Below, in pieces: positions 26,498 to 38,526 of a stretch of 64,000 nt of DNA. The stretch comes from Octopus vulgaris (taxonomy: Eukaryota). A program made the position numbers and the translations under genes. The stretch spans positions 24,862,001 to 24,926,000 of the forward strand of contig OX597835.1 of NCBI GenBank assembly GCA_951406725.2, in the 5' to 3' direction. Positions within the stretch are counted from its first letter, which is position 1. Each line of letters begins with the position of its first letter. Under the pieces are notes generated by a model. It had not been told where the DNA came from, did not search any database, and was given only the letters and a program-made list of their open reading frames with translations.

Positions 26498-26870
26498 GAA
26501 CTGGCAGAATCGTTAAGACGCTGGACGAAATGCATAGCGGTTTTTCGCCCATCTCTACGTTCTGAGTTCAAATTCCGCCGAGGTCGACTTTGCCTTTCAT
26601 TCTTTCGGGGTCGATTAAATAAATACCAGTTACGCACTGGAGACGATGTAATCGACTGGCCCCCTCCCCCAAAATTTCAGGCCTTGTGCCTAGAATAGAA
26701 AAGATTATTTTTTCTCCATCAAGACGGTGAGCTAGCAGAATCGTTAGCATGCTGGGCAAAATGCTTAGAGACATTTCGTCTGTCTCCACGTTCTGAGTTC
26801 AAATTCTGCCACGGTTAACTTTGCCTTTCATCTTCTCGCGGTCGATAAAATAAGTATCAGTTGTGTATTC
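26498..26870 (+). mobile_element. Two adjacent SINE B copies
   Basis: Family B head and core occur twice. Confidence 0.85.
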
Positions 26871-27353
26871 CCCATTACACGCGTAATGGAGAATGAATAA
26901 TACCAAAAGATGTCCATTTTCTTATTTTTATCACGTGTGTGATCGGCCCAAAACTATAGAAGAAGACATTTGCGCAAGGTTCCATGGAATGGGACTGAAC
27001 CCAGACCCATATGGTTGAGAAGCAAACTTGTTACCACACAGCCACGCCTGCGCCTACGCTGTCATATCAAAAATTACACTGCCATAGTGGACTCTACGTT
27101 GTCATTGTAGACATTATAATGCTACGTCAGATATTTCATTATCCTGTTAAACACTGCTATAGCTCTACACTTCAGTGCTATGTTGCATATTATACAGTCT
27201 TATTAAACAATACAGTGGCATATGGGCCACCACATCACCATAATAGACATTACAACATCACTGTAGACACTGCGACGCTATATAGATCCTACAACATCAA
27301 GGGAGATACTACACCTGTACGGAAGACAATACAGTCTCGTTGACAATATCTAT

Positions 27354-27479
27354 CTATCCGCTCAGTCTAAGTCGACTCTTGGTTACTCGTTGGATCAGTG
27401 TCCTCCAGTCAGTTCTATCCTGGGCCGCTTCTTTCAGATTGGCTATGTCCATTCCGGTATCACTCTTGATGGTGTCAAT
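27354..27479 (-). mobile_element. 3' end of an RTE/BovB-like LINE
   Basis: Minus strand encodes IDTIKSDTGMDIANLKEAAQDRTDWRTLIQRVTKSRLRLSG*, matching the BovB-type C-terminal pattern (DRxxWR...VxKSRxRL). Confidence 0.8.
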
Positions 27480-27741
27480 ATATCAACGAGAAAATTAAGA
27501 CCATAACGACAGCATGCTGGGATATCATAAGACAAAGCATTCTGGGATTGGCATGCTGTCTCGTATACTGTGATTTCATGTTTCGAAGCATGTTGGAATG
27601 CCGTTGCACGAGGCATGCCGGGATGCTGGGATGTCAAAATGTAAAGCATGCTGGGATATCAGGATGCTGTCAGACACACCAAACGAGTGTCATGTTACTT
27701 AATACTGATAAGAAAATTCGTGAAATAGCGAGTTGCGCAAA

Positions 27742-28380
27742 TCTCTTTCTCTCTCTCTCTCTCCCTCTCTCTCATTCTCTCTCTATCTCTCTCCTCTTCT
27801 CTCTCTTCCTTTGTCGGTCTCTCTCTTACTCACTTTCTCTCTGTCTTTCACTCTTTCTTTGTTTCTCTTTCTCTCTTCCTTTGTACGTTTATCTCTCTTA
27901 CTCACTTTCTTTCTCTCTCTATTTATCTCTCTCTCTGTACATCTTCGCCTTTTTCATCTCTAACTGCCCATCTATCTATTTATCTTCTTACCCATGTATC
28001 TATCTATTTATCTATAAATCTATCTGTCTGTCTATTTATCTCTCTATCTTCCACGTAGTCTCCCCCTCTCTCTTAGTCTGTCGTTGCCTGGTCAAAGAGA
28101 GTGAGAGAGAAATGTGAGAGAAAGAGGAAGAAAGTCCTTCCTTCTCTCTTCCTCGCGCCTATTGTCTCTCTCGGCCTTCTTTCACTCCTCTCTCTCTCTC
28201 CTTTCTCTCTCTCTCTGTCTTTCTCACACTCTCTCTCTCTCTCTCTCTGTCTTTCTCACACTTCCTTTCTCTCTCTCACTCTTCCTTTCTCTCTCTCTCA
28301 CTCTTCCTTTCTCTCTCTCTCTCTCCCTCTCTTCTATCTCCATCTCTCCGCCTCTCTCTCTCTCCTCCTTCCCCTTTTTC
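27742..28380. repeat. Degenerate (CT)n polypyrimidine tract
   Basis: ~640 bp of CT-rich low-complexity sequence. Confidence 0.9.
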
Positions 28381-28708
28381 TGTGAACTTTTACACATAGA
28401 AATGTAACCGACTGTGTCTTTTAATGGCTCCCCCATGAATGCCATCAAACCCCTTCTCTTACATCCACGCCTACCACCACCGAAATTACGGCACCAATTC
28501 CCTGATCTGGATGTTTTATATTTATTAATTAAACAGCAAACACTTACGTGAGCAATCCCCAGGAGAAATTATTTGTAATTAATAGATTTCATGTGGAAAG
28601 AATCATGGAGCACGCGAAAGGTAAATCCCAGAGGGAGGCTGTAAAGAGCGCTGAAACGGTTTCAATCCCAGGATGAATAAAAGCAGATCATTTATATACC
28701 CCTCAGAA

Positions 28709-28756
<48 letters not shown>

Positions 28757-28939
28757 TTCTTTATTAACCACAAAGGGTTTACATTTTTAAAAAAACTTGT
28801 AGACAGCACAGGATAACTTGAAAGTAGGGTTACATGAAAGTCGTGTAAACAATGAAAAACAATCGATTATAACAACAAAATTCCCCAAAAGAGGGAGACT
28901 TCTTAGGACCGCTCGTGGAAACCCTACAAATCCACGACA

Positions 28940-29285
28940 GGCCTGAAATTTAGCGGTTAGGGATAAGTCGATCACATCGACCCCAGTGCTTAACTCCGAA
29001 TTGACCCCGAAAGGATAAAAGGTAAAATCAACCTCGACGGAATTTGAACACAGAACGTGAAGACGGGCGAAATGCAAGGGGCTAAACGCAGGGGGGACAA
29101 ACAAGGACAGACAAACGGATTAAGTCGATTACATCGACCCCAGTGCGTAACTGGTACTTAATTTATCGACCCCAAAAGGATGAAATGCAAAGTCGACCTC
29201 AGCGGAATTTGAACTCAGAACGTAACAGCAGACGAAATACAGCTACGCATTTCGCCCGGCGCGCTAACGTTTCTGCCAGCTCACT
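28940..29285 (-). mobile_element. SINE family B dimer
   Basis: Reverse complement of family B; followed by (GAT)n at 29291-29404. Confidence 0.85.
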
Positions 29286-29363
29286 GTCTTGATGATGATG
29301 ATGATGATGATGATGACGATGATGATGATGATGACGATGATGATGATGATGATGATGATGACG

Positions 29364-29395
<32 letters not shown>

Positions 29396-29494
29396 GATGA
29401 TGATGCGAAGCATTTTGTCCGTAATGCATCATTGTCATCATCATCATCCACCTCTGGACATTACTGTCTGGCATCTTTAGGTTCTTAGGATCGG

Positions 29495-29703
29495 TTAACC
29501 GGTTTCCATGGCGTCCAGGCGACCAACGTCACAACATTCCCCCTGAGTGGGACACCAGTATGTCGCAATGTTACTCATTTACAGCCGAATGTACTGGAGC
29601 GACGTAAAATGAAGTGTTTTACTCAAGAATACAATTCACCACCCGGTCTGGGAATCGAAACCACGATCGCGAGTCTAATACTCCAACCACTAGGCCACGC
29701 GCC
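29495..29703 (-). mobile_element. SINE family D, diverged
   Basis: Colinear with 52555-52813. Confidence 0.8.
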
Positions 29704-30257
29704 CAATTCCAGAAGTCTGTAAAATAAAAACTCAATTGATGAGAATGAATTGGGAACGGGGACTTTTTTAAGAGCGTCGGATGAAAAACCTTGGGATATT
29801 TGTTCTGGCTCTTACCGTTCTGAGTTCAAATATCCTCCATTATCACCTGCCACCTCGCAGCGGGTAAAATAGGTCCTTCAGCACCCAGGTAACTGTGAAA
29901 ATTCTCCAGTGCCAATGATGCGACGCGTTGGTTGGAGCAACATCTTGGTTGTCGGAATTAATATCGAGAGGAGCTAGCTCATGGCAGAATAATCGCGTAA
30001 CCGGCCATCAAACAGTCGTGATAGACTGTTTAATGACGTGTTACGTGAGAGTCTGGAGAAAAGTTTGTGCAAACCTTTCAGCTTTAATAAAACACAGCAT
30101 TTTGTTTTATCTTTGGTATTGCAATGTTATCTTCTGCGCCTTGTTTTACATCTATATGATGGCATACATGTGTGTCTATGCACGTATGTATATATGTATG
30201 TGTGTATGTATGTATGTATGTATGTATGTATGATGTATGTATGTATGTATGTATGTG

Positions 30258-30306
<49 letters not shown>

Positions 30307-30639
30307 ATGAATGTATGTGTGTGTACGCGTGTGTGCGCGTATGTATGTATTTACATATATATATATAGTGAGAGAGAGAAAGAGAGAGAGACAAGGAGAA
30401 AGTGAGACAGACAGATAGACAGGGAAGGAGGGAGGGACTTAAGGAAATATGTTGATAGTCAAATATGCACTCAAGCATACAAATTTATATATACGTATAC
30501 ATACACACATAATGCACACACACGCATACAAAATACGTACATATGTATACACATACATACACCGACACATTTACAAACACTCACACACATATATAGACAG
30601 ATACACACACACATACTCATACATACATGTTCTTTAATT

Positions 30640-30839
30640 CTTTTATTCTTTCATTTGCTTCAGTCATTTGACTGTGGCCATGCTGGAGCACTGCCTTTAG
30701 TTGAACAAATCGACCCGAGCCTAATACTTATTCTATCGGTCCCTTTTGCAGAACCGTTAAGTTACGAGGACGCAAACACGCCAACATCGGTTGTCAAGCG
30801 ATGGTGCGGGGACAAACACAGACACACAAACATATACAC

Positions 30840-30907
<68 letters not shown>

Positions 30908-30936
30908 GACTGGCTTCTTCTAGTTTCCGTCTACCA
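30640..30936 (-). mobile_element. SINE family A, 3' part
   Basis: Colinear with 1683-1980. Confidence 0.85.
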
Positions 30937-30949
30937 TACATACATAGAT

Positions 30950-31070
<121 letters not shown>

Positions 31071-32267
31071 TATATACATATATATATGTTAATTGATTGA
31101 AATAAGACATATACACACGTGAATACACATTTACGTATGCATACGCATGCATACACACACACACGAACACACACAAACATATTTATAGACAATAAAATTT
31201 AAACCAATGACACAGATTCTATTATTGTATTTTAATAACCATTTAACTGATCGATTAATTAGCTATAGCTTAAAAAATGGGTTGATTACTTTCTCTTCGT
31301 TAATTGCATTCGTTAATTAAATAGTTTACTGATTGCCGTGTAATTGTTTCTGTTAAATTATTTGGTTACAAAGGACCTCTTTACGTGAAAATAGCTAAAT
31401 GGCAATGTCGGTGGATGGCGATGGGTATGTGGTGGTGGTGGTGGTGGTGGTGGCGGCGGCGGCGGCGGCGGCAGTGATATTGGTTGTGGTGATGTTGTGA
31501 TAGTGGCGGTGATGTTGGTGGTGGTGGATTGCTGATGTTATTGTTGCTGTTGTTGTTATTGTTGCTTGTGGTGGTGGTGGTGGCGGCGGCACGGTGGTGG
31601 TGGTGGTGGTGGCGGCGGCACGGTGGTGGTGGTGGTGGTGGTGGTGGTGATGGTGAAGTAGTGCTAGCTGTGACTTCTATAGTGATGACTGTGGCTATGT
31701 CATCAGTGATTGACGTTTCTGCTGTGGTGGCCAGGACCGATGTTGAACACAAAGTAAAAACGGTTACCACACAGAGTGCTAGGAAATGTACCTGCGACAT
31801 GCGAGCTTCCTATCCAGGGAGGTATTCGCATCCTGGAACAATGCAATGATCGAATAACCTGGTGGCTCTGGCGAAGGGATTCAAATAAAGGAGAGTATAG
31901 AAGTAGTCACTGAGTTACGCAAACTCCCTAATGGATAATTGATACATATGTAATGTAACTTTCCCCGTTCAACACTGTCGTACAAGCAAACATGCGCATA
32001 AGATCACGCACGAATACACATACGCAAGGAATATACACACATATGTACACACACACACACGTACATGTATATACATACATACAGAGAGAATGAGAGGTGG
32101 CGGAGAAACTTCCATTTTGTTTTCTCTCCGTGTATTTTTACATATTTTTCTGAAGCATAAATATATACAATTTCTCTTTCTTTCACTCCCTCACGCACTC
32201 TCTCTCTCTCTATATATATATCTATCTATCTATCTTTCTCACTGTTCCTCTCTCTCTTTATTTCTCG

Positions 32268-32305
<38 letters not shown>

Positions 32306-32349
32306 ACGTATATGTGTTTGTGTGTGTGTGTGAGTGTGCATGCATGTTT

Positions 32350-32385
<36 letters not shown>

Positions 32386-32569
32386 CATATACATACACAG
32401 ATGTAAACACATATGTGTGTGTGCGTGTGTGTATGTACATACAAATATACAAATGAATATGCATGTGTGTATATGTATATATACACACATATACACATAT
32501 ATCAATTTCACATATTAATTTCAATCAATCCTCATTCAGTATTCACGCAAATACATACACACGCGCATA

Positions 32570-32600
<31 letters not shown>

Positions 32601-33140
32601 CATACATGTGTTTATGTATGTACAACATACAGACATGCATCCATACATATACGTAATATATACTTAAATCTTTGTGCAGGTATACGTATGTATGTGTGTA
32701 TGTATGTATATTTTCCATGTCGACACAAGTACTTCAGAGTAATTCTACATCAACGTCAAAATGTCTGAAATTCCACCCAAAACTTTCCTCTTCACCACAT
32801 TACACATGGACCACACACCATATTTATCGTGTAGACACATGCTTTTGTACTCACGCATACACACACTCTCACACATACACAAGCACACAGGCTCGCGCAG
32901 CATACATAATATATATACAGATGGATGGATGCATGAATGCATGGATGGATGGATGGATGCCTTCTCTTCCTCTTTTTAGTTTTAGAATAAATTTTCACCG
33001 ACGACCTCCTTGTGAAGGTTGTGATGGTAAGTGTCTTCTTTTTAACCATCGTCCTTTATATCTAATGAAAATCTTGCAGCGTTTTATAATCCAGATATCG
33101 TGATCATATAGATGTACGTATGTATGTATGTACATACATA

Positions 33141-34258
33141 TGGCCCAAAAGTCACTGAGGGATTGCAATTTTTGATAATTCTTTATTTTGCTATACTTTT
33201 CTTTTCTTTTTAGGGTTTTTATGGACCAGGTCTTAAAAATTAATTATGGAAAAATATGGCATCGCACAACGTACCCATGTGGCGAAATTGTTCTATCAAA
33301 ATCACGAGTCAATTATTCAGACCCAGAGAGAATATCGTTGACACTTTCAAGTGAGAAATGCCCCAAGCAAAACCGCAATTAGGAATTTAGTTCGCCGTTT
33401 TGAAGAACAAGAGGCATTAAGTGATCGTCCACGATCTGCGAGATCTCTCACTGTTAGAACTGATGAGATAAGGAAACGAATGTGAAAGAATATTTAAAAA
33501 GAATCCAAGCATGTCGACTCGAAAGCGGTTCAGACAGCATGGGATTTCACAAACTTCGCTGCAAACAGTTCTCTGAAGTCTTAACCTTTTTCCATACAAG
33601 GCACAGTTGGTTCAACTCTTGAAGCCTCTGGGCTATGAACACAGACTCCAAAACGCTGTCAGAATCCAGGAATTGGCACGAAATGGCCCAAATTTTACAC
33701 AAGAATTGATTGTCTAATGAAGCTCACTTTCATTTGAATGGGTTCATCAACAGACAAAATTGCTGGTTTTGGGGCTCTGAGAATCCGAGAGCACTACACC
33801 ACAGAGCAGTGCTACTCAAAGTGGTGGTCCGCGGACCGGTGCCGGTCCACGAGCCATCAGCTGCTGGTATGCGGTGAGTTTCCAGAAAAGAAAGAAACAT
33901 TATAAAACGCTTATAAAATGCTTTTGTAATATTGTATTATTTGTTTACAAAATAAATATAAGATAAAAAAAATTGTCAACTTTTATTATATACATTATAT
34001 ATATTGTTTCCGGTATAAATTAATATTACTAAGAAATATAACAGGTCCCTGGTACATTGGATAAAAAAAATCTGCCGGTACGCCACATCAGATAGTTTGA
34101 GAAGCACTGCCATAAAGAATTGCAACCCATGACGTGTGAAGCTGAAAATGGTCGCCATTTAAATGATGTCATTTTTCATATATAATGCAGAGGTGTAATG
34201 AAAAAGAACTAATGCAAATTAACCTCCAAAACACCTCAGTGACTTCTGGGTCACGCTG
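33141..34258 (+). mobile_element. Internally deleted Tc1/mariner element with a DUF4817-type transposase
   Basis: TIRs TGGCCCAAAAGTCACTGAGG / CCTCAGTGACTTCTGGGTCACGCTG-TA. Coding relic: MEKYGIAQRTHVAKLFYQNHESIIQTQREYR*HF..., NLFPYKAQLVQLL, NEAHFHLNGFINRQNCWFWGSENP, ENGRHLNDVIFHI*. Confidence 0.88.
33807..34109. mobile_element. hAT (Charlie-like) MITE nested in the mariner
   Basis: TIRs CAGTGCTACTCAAA / TTTGAGAAGCACTG; 8-bp TSD CCACAGAG / CCATAAAG (6 of 8 identical). Confidence 0.88.
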
Positions 34259-34632
34259 TATCTATGTGTGTATGCATGCATGTATGTGTCGGATGTATGT
34301 ATGTATGTATGTATGTATGTATGTATGTATGTATGATGTATGCATGTATGTATGTGTCGGATGTATGTAGCATCTGATGTAAGTACTGTTCTCTCGCTAA
34401 TTACACTTGCTTTGATGGCATAAAAGCGTCATTAGTGGTTTCGCTTGTCGAAACATTTCTTACACAGAACAGAAAGATGAACGCTTTGAGGAAATAACTA
34501 ATTAGAAACGTAGATTAAATACATCTACACTGTTTTACGTGTGGCACGGATAAATTCATACACAAACACACACACTCACATACATACATACATACATACA
34601 TACATACATACATACATACATACATACATACA

Positions 34633-34668
<36 letters not shown>

Positions 34669-35109
34669 TATTTTTTTTTTGTATATTTATATATAACTTA
34701 TAAATACGCACGCTACTCGAGTAGCGTGCGTATTGTGAAAAATTATATGGTTATGGACAATATGTTCAATTTCGGCATATTTGGCATTAGAAATTTTTTC
34801 GTTTGCCCTTATTTATAAGTTGTTTGTAATTTTAACCTTTAAAGGTATTTTTTAATATGCTGGCCATTGATAAAAAATTTTTTCGAAAAAATTTTATCCT
34901 ACATTAAATATATATCTATATCTATATCTATCTATCTATATATATATATATATATATATATACCAATTAAGGACTGAACACGAAAAGTGGACAGTCAACA
35001 TGCTAGATATAGACGTCAAATCGTCATTCTCCACAAAAGATTATGTTCTCAGATCAAACTCAACACAAAACCATAGCAATAAACAAGTGAAAAATATACG
35101 AAATAAAAT

Positions 35110-35198
35110 AATTACCCATGTACTAACTTAGTTTCAGCTGTTATTTTCCGCAAGGAAAACTGCAGCCATCATCAGCATGGTCTGTTATAAATGTAATT
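35110..35198 (-). ncRNA. Type I hammerhead ribozyme, copy 1
   Basis: Reverse complement of 35941-36029; predicted cleavage between 35121 and 35120. Confidence 0.8.
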
Positions 35199-35614
35199 TG
35201 CTGGACTAAATGCAAACACGATACCGAAATATCGCGTGCATGGAGTTCAGCCTATTACATTTGAATATATCTTTCAAATGCCTTTACTTTGGCGCGTTGA
35301 GACCCGAGAAAACTAGCCTGCAGCTAATAATTAGCAGCAGTTAATTTATCGGTTAGAGAACATTTATTTATATAAAATTAATTAAGGGTAGAAATTGATA
35401 TTTATCAATTAAGACCAGTGGTCTAGCATATTAAAAAAGAATCCGAAGATTAAAATATTTATATATACCAATTAAGGACTGAACACGAAAAGTGGACAGT
35501 CAACATGCTAGATATAGACGTCAAATCGTCATTCTCCACAAAAGATTATGTTCTCAGATCAAACTCAACACAAAACCATAGCAATAAACAAGTGAAAAAT
35601 ATACGAAATAAAAT

Positions 35615-35703
35615 AATTACCCATGTACTAACTTAGTTTCAGCTGTTATTTTCCGCAAGGAAAACTGCAGCCATCATCAGCATGGTCTGTTATAAATGTA
35701 ATT
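35615..35703 (-). ncRNA. Type I hammerhead ribozyme, copy 2
   Basis: Same sequence as copy 1, 505 bp away; predicted cleavage between 35626 and 35625. Confidence 0.8.
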
Positions 35704-35940
35704 TGCTGGACTAAATGCAAACACGATACCGAAATATCGCGTGCATGGAGTTCAGCCTATTACATTTGAATATATCTTTCAAATGCCTTTACTTTGGCGT
35801 GCTGCTAATTATTAGCTGCAGGCTAGTGTTCTCGGGTCTCAACGCGCCAAAGTAAAGGCATTTGAAAGATATATTCAAATGTAATAGGCTGAACTCCATG
35901 CACGCGATATTTCGGTATCGTGTTTGCATTTAGTCCAGCA

Positions 35941-36029
35941 AATTACATTTATAACAGACCATGCTGATGATGGCTGCAGTTTTCCTTGCGGAAAATAACA
36001 GCTGAAACTAAGTTAGTACATGGGTAATT
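35941..36029 (+). ncRNA. Type I hammerhead ribozyme, copy 3
   Basis: AAUUAC-(12-nt bulge)-CCAUG CUGAUGA U GGCUG[...UUUUCC UUGC GGAAAA...]CAGCU GAA ACUA AGU UAGU A / CAUGG GUAAUU: stems I, II and III, an intact catalytic core and a GUA cleavage triplet (after 36018). Confidence 0.82.
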
Positions 36030-36263
36030 ATTTTATTTCGTATATTTTTCACTTGTTTATTGCTATGGTTTTGTGTTGAGTTTGATCTGAGAACATAATC
36101 TTTTGTGGAGAATGACGATTTGACGTCTATATCTAGCATGTTGACTGTCCACTTTTCGTGTTCAGTCCTTAATTGGTATATATAAATATTTTAATCTTCG
36201 GATTCTTTTTTAATATGCTAGACCACTGGTCTTAATTGATAAATATCAATTTCTACCCTATAA

Positions 36264-36315
<52 letters not shown>

Positions 36316-36720
36316 TCATGAAGGGGCGTTTTTTTATGTTACATGTCCTGCTTTCCATTTGTTTCTCTCGTTGTTTGCATATTGAATTCATTTGTTTTCG
36401 TATTCCATGTTGTTTACTGTTGGTGACGTCCTGTACCCATATATGCATGCGTGTATGTGTGTGTGTGTATATATATATATATACATTTTAATTTAGTCAC
36501 GTATTATTTATTTGGACACATACAGAGGCACACACATATAAAACGAGAGAGAGAGAGAAAGTGACCTATTTGTCTGTATGTGTAAGTATGCGTGCGTGAG
36601 TATGTACTTGTATATAAGTCTGTGATTGTGTACTTATGGCCTCAGAGATCCTAAAACCATCCTCATACACCAAAAGAAACCTAAAATCAACAATGGAAGA
36701 GATTTACAGGGAGCTAGCTG

Positions 36721-36749
36721 GTTGCTATAGCAACATCCTTCTGCGCATG
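36721..36749 (+). promoter_or_regulatory. RFX X-box palindrome plus NRF1-like site
   Basis: GTTGCTATAGCAAC (36721-36734) and TGCGCATG (36742-36749) in non-repeat sequence, ~100 bp upstream of AG/GTAAGT at 36840/36841. Confidence 0.35.
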
Positions 36750-37004
36750 TCCACTCCACACACGCTCACACAAACGCACTTCGGCAACATTCGTCAATTT
36801 CTTGAAAATGGGGTCATAACCCCGAAATATTGAGTACTAGGTAAGTCTACATTAATTCGCATATTTGTTTTCCTGTGATTTACCTTGCATTTACTTCGCT
36901 TTGTTTTGACCTTACCCACAATCCTTTATACAATATATTCTACACAATGCTTCATAGTAATTATTTATAGATACAGATGTATATATATATATTTATGTAT
37001 ATAT

Positions 37005-37167
37005 GACGGGATTCTTTCAGTTTCTGTCTACTATATCCATTTTCAAGGCTTTGGTCGCCCCCAGGCTATAGTAGAAGACACTCGTTCAAGACGCCACGCA
37101 GTGGGACTGAACCAGGAACTATGTGGTTGAGAAGTCAGCTTCTTACCACACAGCCACACCTGCGCCT
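37005..37167 (-). mobile_element. SINE family A head fragment
   Basis: GTGGGACTGAACC...CTTACCACACAGCCACACCTGCGCC; similar fragments at 25620-25770 (+), 26930-27056 (-) and 38790-38950 (-). Confidence 0.85.
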
Positions 37168-37183
37168 ATATATTTGTTTAAAC

Positions 37184-37248
<65 letters not shown>

Positions 37249-37676
37249 AATATATTAAATATATACACACATACAAATATATTACATATATACACACATA
37301 CCTATGACACATACCTGTTTTTATATATAGACAAGAAGACAAACGATGACGGAGAGAGACAGACAGATTATGTCTTTGTAAGTGTTCTGAGAAAGAGAGA
37401 GAGAGTGGTGCGTGCGTGTGTGTGTCGGTGAGTGTGTGTGCGTGTGTGTGTCGGTGGGTGTGCATGTGTGTACGTGCGTGTGCTCGCGCGCGCGTTTCAC
37501 GCTTATTACATATTTATACCTCACAACCCCATTATTTTTCCCAAGAATGTACCGGTTGGACTTCTGAAATTTTCATTCAATATGTTTTATAATTGTGTGA
37601 ATATGCCTTCAATATGTGATTGTTTCATTATTAAAGCTTCTACAAATATATGTTTATGACCCTAAACAAACAACAC

Positions 37677-37733
<57 letters not shown>

Positions 37734-37835
37734 TTAGATATAAGAATCGCTTATGTCTAAATACAGCGCTGTGAAAGAATGAGAGGAGAAAATAGAGCGA
37801 CAGAGTAACTGAGCGAGAGAAAGAGAGAGGGAGAA

Positions 37836-37867
<32 letters not shown>

Positions 37868-38089
37868 GTGATACTGGTAATAGCGATCGTATGTATGGAT
37901 ATATGTAAATGTATATATATATATATATGTATATATATATGTTTGTGTGTGTGTGTGTGCGTGTGTATATGCGTGTGTGGGTGTGCGTGAGCCCGTATAT
38001 ATATATATAAATATATCATGTGTACGTGTTTATGGTATGTATATGTGTATATATGTATATATACATATGTGTGCGTGTACGCATGCATG

Positions 38090-38166
<77 letters not shown>

Positions 38167-38198
38167 TTAAATATATATATATATATACATATATATAC

Positions 38199-38297
<99 letters not shown>

Positions 38298-38458
38298 TAT
38301 AACTTATAAAATAAGTGCAAGAGAAAAATTATAATGCCAAATATCCCGAAAAAAGACAATATTGTCAATAACCATTATAGTTTATGCGTCTCGAAACATG
38401 CCGATAGAAATTTCTAAAAATTCCCGTTATAACCGTATTGGTCTCAATTTATGAAAGT

Positions 38459-38526
<68 letters not shown>

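Larger units (their letters stand above)
34961..36259. mobile_element. Hammerhead-containing 505-bp unit in tandem plus inverted arrangement (Penelope-like pLTR / retrozyme-like)
   Basis: Unit 1 at 34961-35465, partial unit 2 at 35466-35799, inverted copy at 35800-36259; flanked by (TA)n; no ORF of 60 aa or more inside. Confidence 0.85.
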
